Assembly (NCBI GenBank): GCA_049322715.1
Contig: JBMOQP010000029.1
Location: forward strand, 14,714-78,713
Direction of reading: 5' to 3'
Length of the DNA: 64,000 nt
From: Pseudomonadota bacterium
GTDB taxonomy: Bacteria; Pseudomonadota; Gammaproteobacteria; Halothiobacillales; Halothiobacillaceae
Both the position numbers and the translations under genes were made by a program. A model generated the notes under the pieces. That model made no database searches. It had not been told where the DNA came from and worked only from the letters and a program-made list of their open reading frames with translations. This document shows, piece by piece, positions 55,539 to 64,000 of the stretch (the stretch's first letter is position 1; every line of letters begins with the position of its first letter).

Positions 55539-56072
55539 ATGGAACAGTTCCACGGCACCACCATCCTTTGCGTCCGCCGCGACGGCCGCACCGTCATCGG
55601 CGGCGACGGCCAGGTCTCGCTCGGCCCGACCATCGTCAAGGGCAACGCGCGCAAGGTGCGCCGCCTGCACGACGGCAGTGTGATCGCGGGCTTCGCCGGC
55701 GGCACTGCCGACGCCTTCACCCTGTTCGAGCGCTTCGAGGCCAAACTGGTCAAGCACGGCGGCAACCTCGTCCGCTCGGCGGTCGAGCTGGCCAAGGACT
55801 GGCGCACCGACCGCGCCATGCGCCGTCTGGAGGCGATGCTGATCGTCGCCGACCGCGAGACCATGCTCACCATCTCCGGCCTCGGCGACGTGCTCGAGCC
55901 GGAGCACGGCCTGCTCGCCATCGGCTCCGGCGGCGCCTACGCCCAGTCCGCGGCACGCGCCCTGCTGCAGCACTCCCCGCTGGACGCGCGCCAGATTGTC
56001 GAGCAATCGCTCACCATCGCCGCCGAGACCTGCGTGTACACCAACCGCAGCTTCACCATCGAAGAACTCTGA
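55539..56072 (+). CDS. hslV: ATP-dependent protease subunit HslV
   Basis: Start set at ATG 55539 ([16 protein letters not shown]), which leaves a short propeptide before the catalytic Thr. Also carries GDGQVSLG. Confidence 0.95.
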   Translation: MEQFHGTTILCVRRDGRTVIGGDGQVSLGPTIVKGNARKVRRLHDGSVIAGFAGGTADAFTLFERFEAKLVKHGGNLVRSAVELAKDWRTDRAMRRLEAMLIVADRETMLTISGLGDVLEPEHGLLAIGSGGAYAQSAARALLQHSPLDARQIVEQSLTIAAETCVYTNRSFTIEEL

Positions 56073-56122
56073 CCTTGCCCAGCAGGGGCGGTCTTGCCCC
56101 TGCTGGCCATACCGGAATACCC

Positions 56123-57475
56123 ATGAATACCTCCGTTCAATCCCTGACCCCCGCCGAGATCGTCGCCGAACTCGACAAACACATCGTCGGCCAGCAGGAC
56201 GCCAAGCGCGCCGTCGCCATCGCCCTGCGCAACCGCTGGCGCCGCCAGCAGGTGGCCGAGCCGATGCGCCACGAGATCACACCGAAGAACATCCTCATGA
56301 TCGGCCCGACCGGCGTGGGCAAGACCGAGATCGCCCGCCGCCTGGCGCGCCTGGCCAACGCCCCCTTCCTCAAGGTGGAGGCGACCAAGTTCACCGAAGT
56401 CGGCTACGTCGGACGCGATGTGGAGAGCATCATCCGTGATCTTGCCGATGTCGGCATGAAGATGGTGCGCGCCGTGGCGCAGGAACGCGTACGCGACAAG
56501 GCGCGCGAAGCCGCCGAGGAGCGCGTGCTCGACGCCCTCCTCCCCCCGCCGCGCGACACCAACCCCTGGGGCACGGACGAGCACACCGACAAGGCCTACG
56601 CCAACACGCGCGAGAAGTTCCGCGCGCGCCTGCGCGAGGGCCAGCTTGACGACAAGGAGATCGAGATCGACGTCGAGGGTCCGAAGCTTGGCGTGGACAT
56701 CCTCTCCCCGCCCGGCATGGAGGACATGGCCAGCCAGCTCAAGGGCCTGTTCCAAAACCTTGGCGTCCAGCGCACCCAGCGCCGCAAGATGCGCATCGCG
56801 GAGGCCCTGCGCCAGCTCACCGAGGAGGAGGCCGCGCGCCGGGTCAGTGACGAGGAGATCAAGCAGGAGGCCGCCGAGCTGGTCGAGCAGCACGGCATCG
56901 TGTTCATCGACGAGATCGACAAGGTCTGCCGCAAGGGCGAGTTCAGCGGCTCGGACGTCTCCCGCGAGGGCGTGCAGCGCGACCTGCTACCCCTGATCGA
57001 GGGCAGCACGGTGAACACCAAGATCGGCATGATCAAGACCGATCACATCCTGTTCATCGCCTCCGGGGCCTTCCACCTCGCCCGCCCGTCGGACCTGATC
57101 CCCGAGCTGCAGGGCCGCCTGCCGATCCGGGTGGAACTGACCGCGCTGACCGCCGACGATTTCGTGTGCATCCTGACCGAGCCGGACGCCGCGCTGATCA
57201 AGCAGTACCAGGCCCTGCTCGCCACCGAGGGCGTCCAGCTGGAGTTCACCGACGCGGCCATTCGCCGCCTGGCCGAGGTGGCCTTTGAAGTGAACGCCAC
57301 CACCGAGAACATCGGCGCCCGCCGGCTGCACACGGTGGTCGAGCGGCTGCTGGAGAACCTGGCGTTCGAGGCCCCGGCGAAGGCAGGGGAGACCGTCACG
57401 CTGGACGTGGCGGACGTGGACGCGAAGCTCGGGGCGCTGGTGAAGAGTGAGGATTTGAGTCGGTATATCCTTTGA
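56123..57475 (+). CDS. hslU: ATP-dependent protease ATPase subunit HslU
   Basis: Start ATG 56123. 450 aa. Walker [16 protein letters not shown], Walker B FIDEIDK. Confidence 0.96.
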   Translation: MNTSVQSLTPAEIVAELDKHIVGQQDAKRAVAIALRNRWRRQQVAEPMRHEITPKNILMIGPTGVGKTEIARRLARLANAPFLKVEATKFTEVGYVGRDVESIIRDLADVGMKMVRAVAQERVRDKAREAAEERVLDALLPPPRDTNPWGTDEHTDKAYANTREKFRARLREGQLDDKEIEIDVEGPKLGVDILSPPGMEDMASQLKGLFQNLGVQRTQRRKMRIAEALRQLTEEEAARRVSDEEIKQEAAELVEQHGIVFIDEIDKVCRKGEFSGSDVSREGVQRDLLPLIEGSTVNTKIGMIKTDHILFIASGAFHLARPSDLIPELQGRLPIRVELTALTADDFVCILTEPDAALIKQYQALLATEGVQLEFTDAAIRRLAEVAFEVNATTENIGARRLHTVVERLLENLAFEAPAKAGETVTLDVADVDAKLGALVKSEDLSRYIL

Positions 57476-57489
57476 TCGCCCTGTCCAGA

Positions 57490-58123
57490 AAACGAAGGTT
57501 TGCGGGACGGCGTCGAGCGAAGGGCCCATTCCCCCTTGGGGCCGCCCTGGACTGGCCTGTGGAAGCCGGGTGAATGGGCCAAGGATGGCCCATTCAGCCC
57601 CGCCGCGACAGGAAGTCGCGTCGGGGCGGCCCGGCTGGAACAGGTCAGGCCAGGGTTTGCCCGAAGGGCCGGCCCCTCGGGGGCGTGTTCTTTTGGTTAC
57701 TTTTCTTGCACGAGCAAGAAAAGTGACTCGCCCGCATGCGATCCGGGCGAGTCGAAGCACTGGCCTTGAGGCGGGCGAAACAGCCCGCAAGCCTGTCTCA
57801 AAGCGGCTTTGAACAACCGTTGAAGGTTGACTTCGCCCGCTTCGAAGCATGGCGCTTCGCCCTGCTGCTTGCGCACGCGGGCGAGTGACTTTCTTTGCTT
57901 GCCCAAAGAAAGTCACCAAAGAAAGGGCACCCCCGCGGGGTCGCCCTTCGGGCAAGCCATGGCCAGGGTCGCTCCGACCGGGCCGTCCCGACGCGACTTC
58001 CTGTCGCGGCGGGACTGAAAGGGCCATCCATGGCCCTTTCACCCGGTCTCCACAACCCCGGCCATGGCGACCCCAAGGGGGAATGGGCCCTTCGCTCGAC
58101 GCCGTCCCGCAAACCTTCGTTTC
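57490..58123. repeat. imperfect palindrome of about 630 bp: two inverted ~250-bp multi-hairpin elements (family D) around a ~130-bp centre
   Basis: Left arm 57490-57740 aligns with the reverse complement of right arm 57872-58123. The first ~52 nt are identical and the rest diverges. Each arm holds several hairpins with 9-15-bp stems. The structure fills the hslU-DUF971 spacer. Confidence 0.85.
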
Positions 58124-58152
58124 GCAGACTCCGCCACACCGATCAAAAAACC

Positions 58153-58512
58153 ATGTCCCGCCACCACCCCACCAGCCTCACCCTCCACCGCGCCACCCGC
58201 GCCCTCGAAGTCAGCTTCGACGACGGCACCACCTACACCCTCCCCTGCGAATACCTGCGCGTCTTCTCCCCCTCCGCCGAGGTCCGCGGCCACGGCCTGC
58301 CCGAGCCACTGCTGGTCACCGGCAAGCGCGAGGTCAACATCAACGCCATCGAACCGGTCGGCCAGTACGCGGTGAAACTGATCTTCGACGACGGACACGA
58401 CAGCGGGCTGTATGATTGGGACTTTCTCTACGCCCTCGGCCGGGACCACGACGCCCAGTGGGCGCGCTATCTCGAACGGCTGAACGCGGCGGGCAAGACA
58501 CGGGACGCATGA
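58153..58512 (+). CDS. DUF971 domain protein (gamma-butyrobetaine hydroxylase-like N-terminal domain)
   Basis: Start set at ATG 58153, because upstream ORF-track sequence is repeat-derived. 119 aa with [26 protein letters not shown] and [16 protein letters not shown]. In the usual position before ubiE. Confidence 0.8.
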   Translation: MSRHHPTSLTLHRATRALEVSFDDGTTYTLPCEYLRVFSPSAEVRGHGLPEPLLVTGKREVNINAIEPVGQYAVKLIFDDGHDSGLYDWDFLYALGRDHDAQWARYLERLNAAGKTRDA

Positions 58513-59258
58513 TGAGCAAAGACTCAACGGATTTCGGCTTCCGCCGCGTGGCGGTGGACGAGAAGGCCAGGCTGGTGCGCGGGGTGTTCGACTCCGTGGC
58601 CGGCAAGTACGATCTGATGAACGACTTGATGTCGTTCGGCATCCATCGCCTGTGGAAGCGCATCACCCTCTCGCGCACCGGCCTGCGCCCGGGCATGCGC
58701 GCGCTCGACCTCGCCGGCGGCACCGGGGACCTGTCCGCCGGCATGCTCAGGCAGGTCGGGCGCGACGGGCTGGTGGTGCTGTCCGACATCAATGCGGAGA
58801 TGCTCACCCGTGGCCGCGACCGCCTGATCAACGACGGTTTCGGCGCCGAGGCACAGACCGCGCAGGTCAACGCGGAGATGATCCCGTTCGCCGACAACAG
58901 CTTCGATGCCGTCACCATCGGCTTCGGCCTGCGCAACGTCACCCATAAGGAGCAGGCGCTCGCCGAGATGCTGCGCGTGCTCAAACCGGGCGGCCGCGCG
59001 CTGGTGCTGGAGTTCTCCCACCCGCGCCACGACCTCATGAAGAAGGTCTACGATCTCTACTCCTTCAAGGCCCTGCCGCTGATGGGCCGGCTTGTCGCGG
59101 GCGACGCGGAGAGCTACCAGTACCTGGCCGAGTCGATCCGCATGCACCCGGACCAGGACACGCTCAAGGGCATGATGGAAGCCGCGGGCTTCATGCGCTG
59201 CGACTATCTCAACATGAGCGATGGCATCGTCGCCCTGCACTGGGGCTTCAAGGCGTGA
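58509..59258 (+). CDS. ubiE: demethylmenaquinone/ubiquinone C-methyltransferase UbiE
   Basis: Start ATG 58509 (ATGA overlap with the preceding gene). 249 aa with [18 protein letters not shown] and DLAGGTGD. Confidence 0.93.
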   Translation: MMSKDSTDFGFRRVAVDEKARLVRGVFDSVAGKYDLMNDLMSFGIHRLWKRITLSRTGLRPGMRALDLAGGTGDLSAGMLRQVGRDGLVVLSDINAEMLTRGRDRLINDGFGAEAQTAQVNAEMIPFADNSFDAVTIGFGLRNVTHKEQALAEMLRVLKPGGRALVLEFSHPRHDLMKKVYDLYSFKALPLMGRLVAGDAESYQYLAESIRMHPDQDTLKGMMEAAGFMRCDYLNMSDGIVALHWGFKA

Positions 59259-59887
59259 CACCCGAGCTTGCCGAACTCTCGCGGCTTGCCCTGGAGCGGG
59301 CCCTCAACGCCGCGCTGGAGGCCGATCCGGCCACCCGCGCCGGCCTGCGCGGGCTGGCCGGCAAGCGCATTCGCTTCGAGCTTAGGGGCTTGTTCGATCT
59401 CGACCTGCTCGTGCCGGGCGATGCCCTGGTCGTCGCCGGCCCCGGCCTGGACGAGCCCGACGCCACCCTTCGCGCCTCCCCCTTCGGCTTCCTGCGCGCG
59501 CGCATGCGCGGCGATCTGATGCACGGCGACATCGAGCTGACCGGCGACAGCCACCTCACTGTGCGCGCCGCCCGCCTGCTGAGCGGCCTTGCGCCCGACA
59601 TCGAGATGGCGCTGACCCCATATGTCGGCATGCTGGCCGCCCACCAGGTCGGCCGCCTGTGGCACGGGATGAGGGACGAGTTGCGCCGCTTCACCGACCA
59701 CCGCCTGCGGGACGAGGCCGATTACCTGAGGGACGAGGCCGGCCTCGCCCCCCACCGCGCCGAACTGGAGCCGTGGTTCGATGCCGTCGACCGGGTGCGG
59801 GACGGAGTGGACGCGCTGGAGGCGCGCATCCGGCGTCTGGGCGGAGCCCCCCCGATGAACACCACACGCACGGACGTGACCCCATGA
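59255..59887 (+). CDS. ubiJ: ubiquinone biosynthesis accessory factor UbiJ (SCP2-like)
   Basis: GTG 59255 overlaps the ubiE stop. 210 aa. Sits between ubiE and ubiB as in E. coli yigP. Confidence 0.72.
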   Translation: MTPELAELSRLALERALNAALEADPATRAGLRGLAGKRIRFELRGLFDLDLLVPGDALVVAGPGLDEPDATLRASPFGFLRARMRGDLMHGDIELTGDSHLTVRAARLLSGLAPDIEMALTPYVGMLAAHQVGRLWHGMRDELRRFTDHRLRDEADYLRDEAGLAPHRAELEPWFDAVDRVRDGVDALEARIRRLGGAPPMNTTRTDVTP

Positions 59888-61455
59888 TCCGCCCCCGTCA
59901 GCTGCTGCGCCTGTTCACCATCCAGTGGGTCCTGATGCGCCACGGGCTGGACGAACTGCTGTTCGCCACGCCCTGGTTCAAGCCGCTGCGCTTCATGCTC
60001 TGGCTCTCGCCCTGGCGCCTTCTCGGCCGCACCCGCCGCTCGCGCGGAGAGCGCCTGCGCCTGGCATTGGAGGAGCTGGGACCGATCTTCGTCAAGTTCG
60101 GCCAGGCCCTCTCCACCCGCCGCGACCTGCTGCCCGAGGACGTGGCCGACGAACTGGCGAAACTGCAGGACCGGGTGCCGCCCTTCCCCGGCACGCAGGC
60201 CCGCGCCCTGATCGAGAAGGCGCTCGGCAAGCCGGTCGGCGAGCTGTTCCTCGAGTTCGACGAAACCCCGCTCGCCTCCGCCTCCATCGCCCAGGTGCAT
60301 CCGGCGCGCCTGCCCGACGGCAAGGCCGTGGTGGTCAAGGTGGTGCGCCCCAATATCCTGCCGGTCATCGAGCGCGACCTCGAGATCCTCCACACCCTCG
60401 CCCACCTCGCCGAGAAGGCCTCGCGAGAGGCACGCCGCCTGCATCCGGCGGACGTGGTCGACGAGTTCGACAAGACCCTGCACGACGAACTCGACCTCGT
60501 GCGCGAGGCGGCCAACTGCGGCCAGCTGGCGCGTCATTTCGTCGGCTCCCGGCTGCTGTACGTGCCGGAGGTGTACTGGGCCTACATCCAGCCGAACGTG
60601 ATGGTGCAGGAGCGCATCCACGGCATACCGGTCAGCGACCTCGCCGCCCTGCGCGCGGCGGGCATCGACATGAAGGCCCTGGCGGAGCGCGGGGTGGAGA
60701 TCTTCTTCACCCAGGTGTTCACGCACAACTTCTTCCACGCCGACATGCATCCGGGCAACATCTTCGTCTCCCCCGAGACGCCCGCCACGCCGCGCTACAT
60801 GGCGGTCGACTTCGGCATCATGGGCGCCCTCACCCCGGAGGACCAGCGCTACCTCGCGGAGAATTTCCACGCCTTCTTCAACCGCGACTACCGCCGGGTG
60901 GCCGAGCTGCACATCGAATCCGGCTGGGTGCCGGCCCATACGCGGGTGAACGAGTTCGAGGCCGCGATCCGCACCGTCAGCGAGCCGATCTTTCAGCGCC
61001 CGCTGCGCGAGATCTCCTTCGGCCACTTCCTGCTGCGCCTGTTCCAGACCGCGCGCCGCTTCGACATGGAGGTGCAGCCACAGCTGGTGCTGCTGCAGAA
61101 GACGCTGCTGAACGTGGAGGGGCTGGGGCGCCAGCTCTACCCGGACCTCGACCTGTGGACCACCGCCAAGCCATTCATCGAGCGCTGGATGCGCGAGCGG
61201 ATCGGCCCGAAGGCCGCGCTGAACAAGCTGCGCGAGGAGCTTCCACGCGCGCTCGCCCTGCTTCCCGAGCTGCCGCGCCTGACCCACGAGGCCCTGAGCG
61301 CGCAGAAGAGACAGGCGGAACTGCTGGAGCGCCAGGCACAGGAAATCCACGCCCTGCGGGGAGCGATGGAGCGTGCTCGCCGCATCGGCCTGCAACTGAC
61401 CCTGCTTGCCGTCACGGCCATCCTCCTGGCCCTGGCCCTGCGCTGGATGGTTTGA
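59884..61455 (+). CDS. ubiB: ubiquinone biosynthesis regulatory kinase-like protein UbiB
   Basis: Start ATG 59884 (ATGA overlap). 523 aa with [29 protein letters not shown] and FHADMHPGN, plus two C-terminal TM helices. Confidence 0.93.
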   Translation: MIRPRQLLRLFTIQWVLMRHGLDELLFATPWFKPLRFMLWLSPWRLLGRTRRSRGERLRLALEELGPIFVKFGQALSTRRDLLPEDVADELAKLQDRVPPFPGTQARALIEKALGKPVGELFLEFDETPLASASIAQVHPARLPDGKAVVVKVVRPNILPVIERDLEILHTLAHLAEKASREARRLHPADVVDEFDKTLHDELDLVREAANCGQLARHFVGSRLLYVPEVYWAYIQPNVMVQERIHGIPVSDLAALRAAGIDMKALAERGVEIFFTQVFTHNFFHADMHPGNIFVSPETPATPRYMAVDFGIMGALTPEDQRYLAENFHAFFNRDYRRVAELHIESGWVPAHTRVNEFEAAIRTVSEPIFQRPLREISFGHFLLRLFQTARRFDMEVQPQLVLLQKTLLNVEGLGRQLYPDLDLWTTAKPFIERWMRERIGPKAALNKLREELPRALALLPELPRLTHEALSAQKRQAELLERQAQEIHALRGAMERARRIGLQLTLLAVTAILLALALRWMV

Positions 61456-61610
61456 GCGGATGCCAGCCATCCTTGGCTGGCCCCCTACGGGCTCGCCTCT
61501 CGGCGATTCCCGATATGTTCCCGACAAATCGGTCCTGTCGGACATGGATGGCCGATAATCCCCTTGGGATTCGGCTGTCGAGGGCCAGGCGGCGTTGTTC
61601 GGGCCGGACC
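61456..61610 (+). repeat. composite REP-like element: family E copy 2 followed by an inverted family A-like unit
   Basis: Starts 1 nt after the ubiB stop. 61456-61532 matches the reverse complement of 52757-52832. About 61533-61607 resembles the reverse complement of about 9183-9270 (cgaacaacg...ctcgacagcc...ggccatccatg). Confidence 0.7.
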
Positions 61611-61692
61611 GCCCCATTTCCCTGATTGCGGCGCGGGCTTGCTGTAACGTATCCTCCCTGCGCACCAACGTTCCTGCGCAAGTGGTGCCTGG

Positions 61693-64000
61693 ATGCCCGC
61701 AATCATCCAATGCTGGCGCGGCCTGAGCCTGCGCAACCAGCTTCTCGTCAGCCTCACGCTCGCGGCTGCCCTGCTTCTTCTCGTGCTTGGCTGGTGGACC
61801 AGCGGACAGGGCCGAGCCGTGGTCGAACGCTGCCGCGGCCTGCTGCTGCAGAACAGCGCGAACCACCTGGCGGACAAGCTGGCCAGCGGCCTGAACCAGC
61901 GCTCGCGAGAGATCGGGCTGATCGCCAGTCTCCCCCAACTGCGCGACCCGAACGCCTCCGCCGCGGAAAAGCGCGTGCTGCTCGACGAGCTCAAGCGCGC
62001 CTACCCGCTCTACGCATGGATCGGGCTCACCGACCCACAAGGCAACGTCATCGCCGGCAGCGAAGGACTGCTCGAAGGCAAGACCGTGGCCAAGCGGGCC
62101 TGGTTCCTCGAGGGACTGCAAGGACCGCATGTCGGGGACGTGCATGACGCCGTGCTGCTGGCGAAGATCCTGCCCAAACCCCAGATCGACCCTCTCCCCC
62201 TGCGGCTGGCCGACATCGCAAGCCCGGTCCGCGATGCCGACGGCAGGAGCATCGGCGTGCTGTGCGGCCACCTGAGTTGGGACTGGTCCTACATGGTGCG
62301 CAACGCGCTGATGGAGGGGACGGGGTTCGGCCACGGCGAAAGCATCGACATCTTCGTGCTCAACAAGATGGGCAACATCCTGGTCGGCACCCCCGAGATC
62401 CCACCGAGCGCCCGCGTGCTGGACTTCGAGAGCGTGCAGCTCGCCATGCTCGGCGACACCGGCTCGCGGGTGGAGACCTGGCCGGATGGCCGGCGCTATG
62501 TCACCGCCTATGCCCAGGCCAGGGGGGCGGAAGGCTACCCCAGCGCGGACTGGATCATCCTCGCCCGCGAGCCGGTCGAGGAGGCCTATGCGGTCGCGGA
62601 CCAGCTCAACCGCGCCATCCTGCTCGCCTCCGGGGGCGCCTTCGCCTTGTTCCTGCTGCTGCTCACCCTGCAGGTTCGGCGGATCACCGCCCCGCTCGAG
62701 CGCATATCGGGCCATGCCCAGGCCATCGCGAGCGGTGCCAGCATCCACTCCCTGCCCAGGACCGGTGGCACGCGTGAGGTCACGCGCCTGACCGATGCCC
62801 TCGACACCATGCTGCGCTCGCTCGACAACCAGCGGGCCGAACTGAGCATGGCAGCCAAGGTCTTCGAGCACAGCCACGAGGGCATCATGATCACCGATGC
62901 AACCGCCCGCGTGCTGCGCGTCAACCCGGCCTTCCAGGAGATCACCGGCTTCCATCCGGACGAATGCATCGGCAACCGGCCTTCCTGCCTGAAGTCCGGG
63001 CTTCATGATGACGCGTTCTACGAGAGGCTGTGGGCCGCATTGAAGGATGCGGGGCAGTGGCGCGGGGAGATCTGGAACCGCCGCAAGAACGGCGAGGTCT
63101 ACCCTGAGTGGCTGGCCATCAGCGCCGTGCGGGATGGCCACGGCGAGATCACCCACTACATCGGTGTCTTCACCGACATCACCGAACGCAAGGCGCAGGA
63201 GGAACGCATCGCCCACCTCGCCCACCATGACGCGCTCACCGACCTGCCCAACCGCCTGCTGCTGCATGACCGCCTGAACATCGCCCTCGAACATGCGCGC
63301 GATCGCCAGGGACGCCTGGCCGTGCTGTTCATCGACCTGGACATGTTCAAACACATCAACGACACCCTTGGGCATATCCAGGGGGACCAGCTGCTGGTGC
63401 AGGTGGCCCGGCGCCTGCGAGCCCTGACGCCTGCCATCGACACGGTGGCGCGCATGGGGGGCGACGAATTCGTCATGCTGGTGCGCGGCGATGCCGACGA
63501 TGCCTCACGCCGCGCGCAGACCATCCTGAGCGCCCTTCTCGCCCCCTTCGAGATCGCCGGGCGCAGCATGCACATCACCACCAGCATCGGCATCAGCCTC
63601 TACCCGGAGGATGCCGACAATCCCGATGACCTGCTGCGCCACGCCGACGTGGCCCTGTACCAGGCCAAGCAGAGCCGTAACGCCTTCCGATTCCATACCG
63701 AAAGCATGACCCGTCATGCGGAGGAGCGCCTGCGTCTGGAGCAAGCCCTGCGCGAGGCCATCGACCGGGAGCAGTTCCAACTGGCCTACCAGCCGCAGCT
63801 GAACCTGCGCGACGGCAAGGTGATCGGCGCCGAGGCACTGATCCGCTGGCCGCATCCCGAGCTCGGTCCCATCCCTCCGGGGCGGTTCATCCCGCTGGCC
63901 GAGGAGATCGGGGTCATCGGCAGCATCGGCGACTGGGTACTGCGCACCGCCTGCCGGCAGATGCAGGCCTGGCGCGAGGCGCGTGGCGTGGGTTGGCGCG
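61693..64000 (+). CDS. membrane sensor, Cache-like periplasmic domain-HAMP-PAS-GGDEF-EAL protein (3' end outside window)
   Basis: Absent from the ORF track because there is no stop in the window. My translation from ATG 61693 runs MPAIIQCWRGLSLRNQLLVSLTLAAALLLLVLGW... and stays open to position 64000. Second TM GGAFALFLLLLTL. PAS domain (FEHSHEGIMITD...NRRKNGEVYPEW). GGDEF motif RMGGDEFVML. Start of EAL domain GAEALIRW. Confidence 0.88.
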   Translation, partial: MPAIIQCWRGLSLRNQLLVSLTLAAALLLLVLGWWTSGQGRAVVERCRGLLLQNSANHLADKLASGLNQRSREIGLIASLPQLRDPNASAAEKRVLLDELKRAYPLYAWIGLTDPQGNVIAGSEGLLEGKTVAKRAWFLEGLQGPHVGDVHDAVLLAKILPKPQIDPLPLRLADIASPVRDADGRSIGVLCGHLSWDWSYMVRNALMEGTGFGHGESIDIFVLNKMGNILVGTPEIPPSARVLDFESVQLAMLGDTGSRVETWPDGRRYVTAYAQARGAEGYPSADWIILAREPVEEAYAVADQLNRAILLASGGAFALFLLLLTLQVRRITAPLERISGHAQAIASGASIHSLPRTGGTREVTRLTDALDTMLRSLDNQRAELSMAAKVFEHSHEGIMITDATARVLRVNPAFQEITGFHPDECIGNRPSCLKSGLHDDAFYERLWAALKDAGQWRGEIWNRRKNGEVYPEWLAISAVRDGHGEITHYIGVFTDITERKAQEERIAHLAHHDALTDLPNRLLLHDRLNIALEHARDRQGRLAVLFIDLDMFKHINDTLGHIQGDQLLVQVARRLRALTPAIDTVARMGGDEFVMLVRGDADDASRRAQTILSALLAPFEIAGRSMHITTSIGISLYPEDADNPDDLLRHADVALYQAKQSRNAFRFHTESMTRHAEERLRLEQALREAIDREQFQLAYQPQLNLRDGKVIGAEALIRWPHPELGPIPPGRFIPLAEEIGVIGSIGDWVLRTACRQMQAWREARGVGWR

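Noticed and set aside
57500-58139. ORF-track entries 57500-57769 (+) and 57798-58139 (-) encode similar peptides (RDGVERRAHSPLG.PW.GLW.PGE.A.DGPFSPAATGSRVG).
   Set aside because: The similarity exists only because the two ORFs read the two arms of an inverted DNA repeat. There is no RBS. The differences between copies preserve nucleic-acid stems rather than amino acids. The same applies to the repeat-derived ORFs 9115-9405, 2454-2666, 36884-37087, 36958-37227 and 57895-58152.
59722-63375. Very long minus-strand ORF (1217 aa). Similar giants occur at 41554-44478 (974 aa), 23203-25947 (914 aa), 45901-48315 (804 aa), 31961-34195 (744 aa) and 37982-39925 (647 aa).
   Set aside because: Each lies antisense to well-supported genes (ubiB and the sensor, gltB, gltD/hemE, dnaG/rpoD, pilQ, aroB/SPOR). 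Their translations are Arg/Gly/Ala/Asp-rich low-complexity sequence with no recognisable motifs. High-GC genomes routinely produce such stop-free shadow frames.

Overview
High-GC proteobacterial chromosomal core region. Gene content and local synteny look gammaproteobacterial (Pseudomonas/Chromatiales-like), but no organism can be named from sequence alone. I count about 55 protein genes and one tRNA. In order they are: a 2-Cys peroxiredoxin and a YfhL-type ferredoxin; coaD-rsmD; an M16 peptidase pair; ftsY-ftsE-ftsX-rpoH; a complete cbb3 oxidase locus (ccoNOQP plus ccoGHIS); bioH-bioC; plsY; tsaD divergent from rpsU-yqeY; gltD-hemE; mrcA divergent from pilMNOPQ; a Big-domain lipoprotein; aroK; aroB; a SPOR/DamX-like protein; gltB; dnaG-rpoD-tRNA(CAU); a PhnD-like binding protein coupled to a PAS-GGDEF-EAL protein; dapF-DUF484-xerC; hslVU; DUF971-ubiE-ubiJ-ubiB; and a second GGDEF-EAL sensor. 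That last gene runs off the 3' end and is missing from the ORF track. I see no prophage, transposase, CRISPR array, toxin-antitoxin pair or recognisable defence island, so by gene content this is an ordinary housekeeping window. The unexplained structure is mostly non-genic. GC-rich multi-hairpin (REP-like) elements fill many intergenic gaps. They include a roughly 630-bp imperfect palindrome whose two arms carry compensatory substitutions that keep the hairpins paired. Copies also sit inside reading frames: a 75-bp in-frame copy in the dnaG linker, one in the pilQ 5' end, and one that appears to extend the xerC 3' end. Other points worth a second look are a compositionally atypical Big-domain lipoprotein wedged between pilQ and aroK, a 21-kb block splitting rpsU-yqeY from dnaG-rpoD in a circularly permuted order, an uncalled 32-codon hydrophobic ORF after ccoS, and an N-terminally extended CcoH/FixH. 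All functional calls rest on motifs and remembered family features, because no database search was possible. Several starts were moved from the ORF-track maximum ORF to the biologically plausible start codon.
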